50,694 nt of DNA, taken from assembly GCA_963694575.1 (NCBI GenBank), contig CAVOEM010000001.1, positions 1 through 50,694 of the forward strand. Reading direction: 5' to 3'. Each line of letters begins with the position of its first letter. Position 1 is the first letter of the stretch. The translations under genes were made by a program, and so were the position numbers. This document shows positions 19,431 to 26,366 of this stretch, in pieces. The notes beneath the pieces were generated by a model. The model was not told where the DNA came from and made no database searches. It was given only the letters and a program-made list of their open reading frames with translations. The DNA is from Planctomycetes bacterium UBA1146. GTDB taxonomy: Bacteria; Planctomycetota; UBA8108; UBA1146.

Positions 19431-20894
19431 GTGACATACATGTCTCAAGTACTTGATGAAGCGGGCAAGGCACGGCTCTTCTGGGCCAGTTGCATCTCGC
19501 TGATTGCGACCTCCATCGCCTTTGGCGTCATCACATCTTCGATGGGTGATTTCAGTACGATGTATGGACTCACCAACACGCAAGCCGGCTGGGTCGGCGG
19601 TGCAGCCCTCGGTGGCTTCGCAGTCGCCATCATCATGCTCGGACCGGTGATCGAGAAGATCGGCATTGCGGTCTCGCTCAAGATGGCGTTCGTCTGCCAC
19701 ATCCTGGGCGTGATCCTGATGATGTACGCCGATGGCTTCGGTCAGTTGATGGCGGGAGCTTCCGTCATTGCCATCGGCAACGGCTGCGTCGAGGCGGGCT
19801 GCAACCCGCTGGTCGCCACCCTCTACTCCGACAACAAAACCACACGGTTGAACCAGTTCCATGTCTTCTGGCCGGTGGGGATCATCATCGGGGCGCTGTT
19901 TGGCTTCTGGGTCAGCAATGCCGCGGCCGATGCTGCAATAGCGGCGGGAGCACTGGCAGATTCTGCCTCTGTTGTTGCGGATCCGGCGACCTGGAGCGTG
20001 GCGTTCCAGCAGGCCTACGATGCCGCCCTGACCGGCTGGACCCTGCTGGGACTCAGTGCACTGCAGGCCAAGATGGCTCTGGTGCTGATTCCTACCCTCG
20101 CATATGGCTACCTGTTCCTGGGGCAGGAGATTCCCCAGACCGAACGGGTTCAATCCAACGTCTCCGATGACGAGGTCAAGGCTTCCATCGCTTCACCGCT
20201 CTTCTTGTTGATGCTGTGCTGCATGGGACTGACCGCCACGCTGGAACTGGGACCAGGACGCTGGATGGGTGAGATCATGACACCCGCAATGCAAAGTTCT
20301 CTCGGAGCCGGCTCGACGACGGCGGGTGCCGGAATCCTCGTGCTGGTCTATGGCAGTGGTCTGATGGCAGTACTTCGTTACTTCGCCGGAGGATTTGTCC
20401 ACAGGTTCTCGCCGACCGGACTGCTGATGGGATCGGCAGTGCTCGGGGGGGTCGGTCTTTTTGCCATGACCTACGCCGAGACTTTCCCAACCATCTTCCT
20501 CACCGCCACCGTCTTTTATGGCGGCATCTGCTTCTTCTGGCCGACGATGCTCGGTTTCGTCTCCGAGCGGATCCCCAACAGTGGTGCCATGGGACTGTGT
20601 CTGATGGGGGGAGCGGGAATGTTGATCGTCGGTTATGTCGCGGCTCCTGCGATCGGAGCGATCCAGGACTCCTACATCGTGACTTACATGGCGGACAACG
20701 CCGGAGCCACCGCTGAAGCGGCCGCTGCCTATGCCGGCAAGATGGCCTTCCGCTGGATCGCCGCACTGGCAATCCCGCTGGCGCTGGTCTTCTTCAACCT
20801 CAACAAGAAGTACGGTCATGTCGCGGCAGCTTCGGTCGGCAGCAACAAGGAATCCACCGACAGCGAGTCGAACCAGATGCAAAACAGCTACTAA
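19431..20894 (+). CDS. MFS transporter (sugar/fucose-permease-like)
   Basis: 487 aa with about 12 TM segments and MFS-type loops (GPVIEKIG, IGNGCVEAGCNP). Alternative ATG at 19440. Confidence 0.85.
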   Translation: MTYMSQVLDEAGKARLFWASCISLIATSIAFGVITSSMGDFSTMYGLTNTQAGWVGGAALGGFAVAIIMLGPVIEKIGIAVSLKMAFVCHILGVILMMYADGFGQLMAGASVIAIGNGCVEAGCNPLVATLYSDNKTTRLNQFHVFWPVGIIIGALFGFWVSNAAADAAIAAGALADSASVVADPATWSVAFQQAYDAALTGWTLLGLSALQAKMALVLIPTLAYGYLFLGQEIPQTERVQSNVSDDEVKASIASPLFLLMLCCMGLTATLELGPGRWMGEIMTPAMQSSLGAGSTTAGAGILVLVYGSGLMAVLRYFAGGFVHRFSPTGLLMGSAVLGGVGLFAMTYAETFPTIFLTATVFYGGICFFWPTMLGFVSERIPNSGAMGLCLMGGAGMLIVGYVAAPAIGAIQDSYIVTYMADNAGATAEAAAAYAGKMAFRWIAALAIPLALVFFNLNKKYGHVAAASVGSNKESTDSESNQMQNSY

Positions 20895-20920
20895 CCTGGA
20901 TCCGGAAACGAGTGAGAGTG

Positions 20921-20953
20921 ACGGCCCCGGGGTTTCCTCGGGGCCGTTTTTTT
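20921..20953 (+). terminator. rho-independent terminator of the MFS gene
   Basis: ACGGCCCCGGGG-TTT-CCTCGGGGCCGT forms a 12-bp stem (one G-U) followed by a T7 run. Confidence 0.85.
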
Positions 20954-21019
20954 GGTGATGTGAGGCATTGCTGGGAACGGCCGGTGGGCTGGCTGCGTCC
21001 ACTGGGGGAGGAGACCTCG

Positions 21020-22015
21020 ATGAACCGATGGAAGCCGTTGCTGATCGCCCTGTCCCTCTCCTCGACACTCCTGCTGGCCCAGGAGGCCGCTCGGGAACCC
21101 GCTCAGGTCCCCGCGCAGGTCTCCGCTCAGGTCCCCGCGCAGGTCTCCGCGCAGGTCTCCGCTCCGGTCTCCGCTCCGGAGCAGTTCCACTTCTCGTCGC
21201 TGGGAAAATCACTGCCGGAGTTGAAACTCGAGGAGGGCGATCGCTGGTTCAACGCCACCAAGGGCCTCTCTGTCGCTGCATCACCTCTCACTGTATTGGG
21301 GCGTGGCAAGCCGCTGCTGGTCGCCTATACGATTCCTGGCTGAGAGTGTTGTGCTCCGGCATTGCCCAGCCTGGTCAGGTGGCAGCAAGAAGTGGGACCC
21401 GAGTTCTTGTCGATGATGACTGTTTTCAGTTACTCGTCCAGGCAACCGGAACTGGTCCAGAAATTCATCGACAAGAACCAGGTGACCTTCCCCATCCTGT
21501 CGGAGCAGGCCAGCAACATCGAGCGCCACGGCGTGAAGGGGTTCCCTTCCGCCTTCTTCCTCGATTCCACAGGCAAGGTGATCTGGCAGGGGATCCTGCC
21601 CCGTGCCTTCGAGTCCAATGACTATCAGCGCCCCTGGCTCGACGGTCTGTTGCGTCAGGCAGGAGTCGAACCGCCGCCGATTCCCATCCGTTGGCTCGAT
21701 TTTGACGAGGGAGTCGAGGAATCGCAGTGGACCTCGGAGACTCGACTGATCTTCGTCGAGGCGAACCGATGTGATCAGTCGGAGCGGATCGAACGATTAT
21801 TGGCACAAGATGAAGAGATCGCAGGTCTGCTCAACGATTACATCCGGGTCAAGATCGATGGTCGAGCTCAGTTGGATATCGTCAAGAAGTACCGAGGCCA
21901 CTGGCCCGGAGATCTGCTCATCATCGATGCCAAGGACCAGGTGCTCTATCGATTCCGGGACCACTACAAGGACATCCCTGCGCTCAAGAAGGCGCTCTAC
22001 GATCACGCCAACTGA
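21020..22015 (+). CDS. secreted TlpA/ResA-like thiol-disulfide oxidoreductase, candidate selenoprotein (UGA 21341-21343 read as Sec), with a second thioredoxin-like domain
   Basis: ATG 21020 follows GGGGGAGGAG. Signal peptide MNRWKPLLIALSLSSTLLLAQ. Track ORFs 20912..21343 and 21362..22015 are in the same frame, separated only by TGA plus 6 sense codons. Read-through gives GKPLLVAYTIPG-U-ECCAPALPSL, which aligns column-for-column with WC-xx-C-xxx-x-P-x-L of TlpA (U on Cys1, C at +3, P at +8). Downstream FPILSE..HGVKGFPSAFFLDSTGKVIW completes the fold. The C-terminal domain carries CDQS. If the TGA is not recoded, this is a split gene or pseudogene. Confidence 0.6.
21095..21178 (+). repeat. coding 12-bp tandem repeats (GCGCAGGTCTCC-like) encoding an (A/P)QVS/PAQV linker
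   Basis: EPAQVPAQVSAQVPAQVSAQVSAPVSAP, directly after the signal peptide of the Trx-like protein. Confidence 0.85.
21362..21385 (+). promoter_or_regulatory. candidate bacterial SECIS hairpin
   Basis: UUGCC-CA-GCCU-GGUC-AGGU-GGCAG. Hand-paired as 9 bp (two G-U), with a 2-nt 5' bulge and apical loop GGUC starting about 30 nt after the UGA. That is within the 16-37 nt spacing, and the loop begins with G, as in published bSECIS models. Not energy-evaluated. Confidence 0.4.
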
Positions 22016-22036
22016 TATGGATACCGATGGCGCTGG

Positions 22037-23641
22037 TCAGGGGCAAGCAGCGCTGGTGGTCGGGCAGTCGAGAGTGTTGCCGAGCGGATCGGTCCCGCAG
22101 GTCGGGTATGGAGCATCCAGAGGGGGAGAACCGGGGACAAAGAGTGCATTCAACCCGTAGACCATGTCTGCGATGTTGAAACTACCATCATCATTGATAT
22201 CGCAACTCTCGATGCAATTCGGAGATACCCCTCCCGGCACGAACAGCGCATTGAGCCCGTACACGATGTCCGCAACATTGAAACTGCCATCTTCGTTGCC
22301 ATCTCCGCGGATGAATCGAATCACCGATCCAGAGGAACCGTTGTGATAGATCAATGAATAGGGTGGGACCCCCGGAATCTCGCGCAGCTGGTAGGTGACA
22401 TCGAGACTGAAGGAAGTGTTGTTGAAGGCGGGGTACAGCGTGCCTCGGATGGTCGGATAGATGTAGGCGTGCTGGCCGAGTGTGGTCGGTTGTAACTGCT
22501 CGACCACCTCGAACTCGGGGGAGGTGGCGAGTTTTTGTGCCAGCACCAGATCGCCTTCGTTGGCGAGGTCTCGGTACACGGCATGGACCGTGCCGGAGGT
22601 CTCGTCGCAGCCGATGTTAAAGATCTTGTAGTTGGCGATGTTGGTGACCTGGTCGCTGCTGGCATCGAACAGAGTGGTCTCGTCACTCCAGCCATTGATT
22701 TCGTCCCACCTGCGGTAGCGGAAACTCCACAGCGGCGAGCCGGAGGCGGCGTCGACGACATAGGCACTGTGCACATTTCCAAGCGCATCGCTGGAGAGCC
22801 AGCCGAAGTAGTCATTGCTGCCGGTGGTATTGCCGAGCACGAAGGTATCTGCCTGCCAGCCGGCGGCCCCCGATGGTCCGATGGTCGGGTCGTAGATGCG
22901 GTGCTCGTAGACCCCCGGTGGGGTGTTGCGATAGAAACTGCAATGGATGCGGCCGCTGTCATCGACCGCCAGACGCGTGTTCTGGGCACTGGCCGAGGGA
23001 CTGAAAGCCCCCAGGTCGGTGAAGGAATCATCTGCCGCGTAGGGTTGATCGCTACGCAGCAGGTGCTCGACCCAGCTGGAGGGGTGGTGCCCCGAGATCC
23101 ACACCGTGTTGTTGCCATCGATGACGATGTCCATCGCCGAGGTGCGAGCATTGAGTGGGGCACCGGTGATGGTGCTGATCTCGATGATGTCGGAACGGTC
23201 GCCGGTGGCGGGATCGAAGCGGCGGTAAAACTGGCGAAAGTACGACGGGTAGGTGTACCGACCCCACAGTACGTGGAGGATCCCCTGGTCATCGATGGCG
23301 ACCGAGCATTGGCTGGCGGGATCGGGATCGAACAGGCCACTGTCGTCGTCGTTGAGATTGGGCGGCTGGGTCCACCAGGTGGCACCTCCATCCGAGGAAC
23401 TCTGGACAATCAGAGCCATCTCGTCGGCGGCATTTCGCTCCAGAGAGACACAGTGAAGCACGCCATCGTCATCGCGAACCATGTTGTGCGAGGTATTCGA
23501 TCCAGACGAGGCCATCTCATCGCTGTGCAGGATCACCTGAGCCGAGGACATCACGCTGCAGCAGAGCAGCACAAGCGATGCGAGAATGCCAACGATGGTT
23601 CTCCTCGGGTGCGGGTAGTGGTCCATCATCCCGTTCTTCAT
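22037..23641 (-). CDS. secreted six-bladed beta-propeller (BNR/Asp-box, sialidase-like fold) with C-terminal dockerin-like/Cys-Pro module
   Basis: Signal/TM IVGILASLVLLCCSVMSSAQ. One Asp-box (SSSDGGATW) and six recurring D-D-x-G-x-x-H blade motifs (DDDGVLHCV, IDDQGILHVL, VDDSGRIHCS, DALGNVHSAY, ETSGTVHAVY..). 92-aa tail FIRGDGNEDG..CPTTSAACP. The start ATG overlaps the upstream gene's stop (TGATG). Confidence 0.8.
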   Translation of the reverse strand: MKNGMMDHYPHPRRTIVGILASLVLLCCSVMSSAQVILHSDEMASSGSNTSHNMVRDDDGVLHCVSLERNAADEMALIVQSSSDGGATWWTQPPNLNDDDSGLFDPDPASQCSVAIDDQGILHVLWGRYTYPSYFRQFYRRFDPATGDRSDIIEISTITGAPLNARTSAMDIVIDGNNTVWISGHHPSSWVEHLLRSDQPYAADDSFTDLGAFSPSASAQNTRLAVDDSGRIHCSFYRNTPPGVYEHRIYDPTIGPSGAAGWQADTFVLGNTTGSNDYFGWLSSDALGNVHSAYVVDAASGSPLWSFRYRRWDEINGWSDETTLFDASSDQVTNIANYKIFNIGCDETSGTVHAVYRDLANEGDLVLAQKLATSPEFEVVEQLQPTTLGQHAYIYPTIRGTLYPAFNNTSFSLDVTYQLREIPGVPPYSLIYHNGSSGSVIRFIRGDGNEDGSFNVADIVYGLNALFVPGGVSPNCIESCDINDDGSFNIADMVYGLNALFVPGSPPLDAPYPTCGTDPLGNTLDCPTTSAACP

Positions 23642-26034
23642 CAGGGACAGGCCAGATACAGGGCGCAGTCAATACCATCATCGGTCGGATCGACGCCGCA
23701 ATCGAGAGCGCCCGGCGCCGGTGGATTGTCCGATCCCGGCACGAACAGTGCGTTGAGCAGGTAAACCGCATCGGCGACGTTGTTTCCGCCGTCGTCATTG
23801 ACATCTGCACTGTCGATACAATCGGGCTGGGGCGATCCAGGAACGAACAGGGCGTTGAGCAGGCGGATGGCATCGGCGATGTTGACACCGCCATCGACGT
23901 TGACATCCCCACGGCGGAACAGTTCCGGTGGTGGACCGCTACTGGCTCCGAGAGCATCGAGGTAGAGGCCCATCAGGAGACCCTGCTCGCCGCTGTAGCC
24001 ACCGAACTCCCACGACTGCGCGATCACCTCGCCAAACGGATCATCGGTCTCGTAAAAGTTACCGACGCTGTAGCCGATGCCCGATTGGACCCAGATGGAG
24101 CCGCTCGAGGCTCCCGCCAGGTCCGGCGTGAGGGGATCTGCGGTGACCAGCCGATCGGTCCAGTCGCTGGCCGCCTGGTCCTGGTTGTATGCGGCATCCA
24201 TTCCGGTCATATCAAGCGTGGCATAGGAACCACCGATCAAGTCCAGTAACGAGTCGTCGCCATCGACCACTCCCAGTCCGATCCCGTCATAATCAGCGAA
24301 GGAAGTCTGGGCACAGTATCCCCACACATCGCCGCCCTCGATGTAGACATCGATGCCGTTGGCGATCAGGTCCGCCAGCAGTTGACCTTCTGCAGTGCTC
24401 AAGCAATAATGATCGGGATAGGTGCCAGTGGCCACCCAGACCCGCTCGAGGGTTGGCGTGTCGAGTAGACAATCACAACCGAGGATGTCCGTCATCATTG
24501 CCGGGGCGAGCCCGTTGAGCACCAGCGCATCGGCGATCGCCAGTGCCGAGTCGATCTGACCACCACTCCCTTCAGCGGCCCACACCAGATCGATGGCATT
24601 GACCAGTGCCCAGATAGCATTTCCATCGATGACACAGCAGGGGGTGACCGAGTCGTCCCAGCAGCGCAGCTGGTAGTGGTAGGAAGCGGGTCCGCCGGGA
24701 AGGACATCGGTCCACTGCTGATCACTTCCAGCCAAGGTCTCAGCGAGCTGTCCATCGCGATACACATCGATGCTGGTGAAGTTGTTGCCGTTGAGGTCCC
24801 AACTGAGAGTCACTTCATTGCCACTGGTGGCGGCGGTGAAGTCGATGGGAGGGGTGAGCTGACAGGGCGGGCCACTACGATGGTGGATGGCCCATGCCTC
24901 GAGATCTCCAAATTCGCCCCCGGTGTAGTCGGCCGCGATCAGGCGCCAGTTTCCATCGATGGGGAAGCCGGCAAAATCGGCGAGGGTGCCGGGCCCCTGA
25001 GGTTGCATGCGGATGTTGAGTGGAATCTGGTCCTCATCGAAGGGGATTCCCTGGTCATCAAAGATGGTGTGAATGTGATTCACATCGCTGGGAGACCCGG
25101 GGATGTACTGTTTCAAGGTCACCATCGTGGCCGATGGATGCGTCAGGTCGATCCCCACTTCTCGAGTCCAGGTGTGAGTGATATGGACCTCGATATCGAT
25201 GTCCTGAATCGTGTAGTTGTCGGTGATGTTGATCACCGAGGTGACTCCCGTCGGGGTGCTGTTGGGAATCGGCAGTGGCGTGTCGAGACTGCCGTAGATC
25301 TCGAATCCATGGGGGACATCAATTCGGTCGGTGAAATCGAAGCAGGCGCCGTCAGAGACGACGATCAGATAGTTGTAGGCTCCCTGGCAAAGATTGTTGT
25401 CGGTCCAACTGGTCGCAGCGGGGTCGGCGATGTCCTGGTAGAAGACCCCGTCACGCCAGATCTGAAAAGTGTCGGTGTATGGACCATTGTTGGTGAACTC
25501 GAGGGTGATGTCGGGACCCACCGAGGACGCCACCAGCGCGTCAGGTGCGGTGAGACCACACGGCTCCAGTTCGAGGAGACCATAGGTACTGACATTGTTG
25601 GCGATCTCGTTGATGTCATTCCACAGGTAGGGGGAGGCCTCGAGGGTGTGGACCATGTCCTCGTTGTTGGAGTTGTTGGGTTCCCCGGCATTCCAGTTGC
25701 TGTACACCAGCGGTTCGCCGTTGCTCCATTCGAAGACACCCTCGACCGCGATGTCATTGAGACCCAGCCACAAGCGCCGTGAGGAGCCGCCAAAGTTTCT
25801 GAAGTTGTCCGCGATGAAATCCATCTCCGCCTGGTCTGCAACGGCCACGAGGTTACCGCCCCAGCTGTTGGCGAGAGTTTCAGCAGTGGTCCAGTCGCTG
25901 GTATCCAGCAACAGGTAGTGATGGTCATCCAGCGGACTGGAGATGCTGGTCAGGATGGCCGGATCCTGAGCCTGCAACGGAGTGACCCAGATGGTGATGA
26001 TCAGTAAAGAGACTACGGAATTGAGAAACTTCAT
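23641..26034 (-). CDS. secreted C-type lectin domain / proprotein-convertase P-domain protein with C-terminal dockerin-like/Cys-Pro module
   Basis: RBS GGAGG. Signal MKFLNSVVSLLIITIWVTPLQAQ. CTLD: LWLGLNDIAVEGVFEWSNGEPLVYSNWNAGEPNNSNNEDMV..LWNDINE. P-domain: IDIEVHITHTWTREVGIDL..IDGNWRLIAADYTGGEFGDLEAWAI. 92-aa tail FRRGDVNVDG..CALYLACP. Confidence 0.85.
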   Translation of the reverse strand: MKFLNSVVSLLIITIWVTPLQAQDPAILTSISSPLDDHHYLLLDTSDWTTAETLANSWGGNLVAVADQAEMDFIADNFRNFGGSSRRLWLGLNDIAVEGVFEWSNGEPLVYSNWNAGEPNNSNNEDMVHTLEASPYLWNDINEIANNVSTYGLLELEPCGLTAPDALVASSVGPDITLEFTNNGPYTDTFQIWRDGVFYQDIADPAATSWTDNNLCQGAYNYLIVVSDGACFDFTDRIDVPHGFEIYGSLDTPLPIPNSTPTGVTSVINITDNYTIQDIDIEVHITHTWTREVGIDLTHPSATMVTLKQYIPGSPSDVNHIHTIFDDQGIPFDEDQIPLNIRMQPQGPGTLADFAGFPIDGNWRLIAADYTGGEFGDLEAWAIHHRSGPPCQLTPPIDFTAATSGNEVTLSWDLNGNNFTSIDVYRDGQLAETLAGSDQQWTDVLPGGPASYHYQLRCWDDSVTPCCVIDGNAIWALVNAIDLVWAAEGSGGQIDSALAIADALVLNGLAPAMMTDILGCDCLLDTPTLERVWVATGTYPDHYCLSTAEGQLLADLIANGIDVYIEGGDVWGYCAQTSFADYDGIGLGVVDGDDSLLDLIGGSYATLDMTGMDAAYNQDQAASDWTDRLVTADPLTPDLAGASSGSIWVQSGIGYSVGNFYETDDPFGEVIAQSWEFGGYSGEQGLLMGLYLDALGASSGPPPELFRRGDVNVDGGVNIADAIRLLNALFVPGSPQPDCIDSADVNDDGGNNVADAVYLLNALFVPGSDNPPAPGALDCGVDPTDDGIDCALYLACP

Positions 26035-26278
26035 AACTCCTCCGGAGGGCTGGAGAGATTGGAAATTGTAGGGACAGAGCCATTTACCATTTTCCCCTTC
26101 ATCGACCGGGATACAAGGATTGAAAATAAGGGCCGCAGGGAGCCGAATAACCGGTGCAGGAGGCGGTTGAGTGGGCTTCTGCCTCGCTCTCGCGGCTCAT
26201 CCGTGGCTGTGGAAGCGCTTTTATGGCGGCGGCTGGGTCGAGGATGAGGAACGGCTCAGAGTGGCTCAGATCGAGTTG

Positions 26279-26344
26279 GGCCTGCTCGAACTGGATCTAA
26301 ATCGAGCAGGCCGTGGACCCCTTCCGATCGATCGAAAGGGGTCC
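26279..26344 (-). terminator. two consecutive perfect hairpins downstream of the 26367 gene
   Basis: GGCCTGCTCGA-12 nt-TCGAGCAGGCC (26279-26312) and GGACCCCTT-12 nt-AAGGGGTCC (26315-26344). They start about 25 nt past the stop of the minus-strand gene. No clear U-tract. Confidence 0.5.
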
Positions 26345-26366
26345 GCGGCGTCTCTTGACCCGAGAA

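Noticed and set aside
19317-21212. 278-aa and 339-aa minus-strand ORFs opposite the MFS transporter and the Trx-like gene start
   Set aside because: These are Arg/Pro/Gly-rich shadow ORFs antisense to a well-supported 12-TM transporter. They contain repeat-derived PERRPARR strings.
22037-22315. RGD tripeptide in every tail (FIRGD, FRRGD, YIRGD, GRGD, FKRGD) as an integrin-binding adhesion motif
   Set aside because: The GD belongs to the Ca-binding GDxNxDG loop of the dockerin-like repeat. RGD conservation is most simply explained by that structural motif, so no eukaryotic-host claim is warranted.
22351-25928. Long alternative-frame or antisense ORFs inside the exoprotein genes (22351..23409 -, 22535..23764 +, 24676..25782 +, 25365..25928 -)
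   Set aside because: They overlap ORFs that carry signal peptides and recognisable domains (Asp-box, CTLD, P-domain). They have no motifs of their own and show biased composition.
25540-25932. C-type lectin domain as a diversity-generating retroelement (DGR) target
   Set aside because: There is no reverse transcriptase, template repeat or adenine-specific variable region in the window. The CTLD is N-terminal and of the animal EPN/WND type, not the DGR Mtd/TvpA type.
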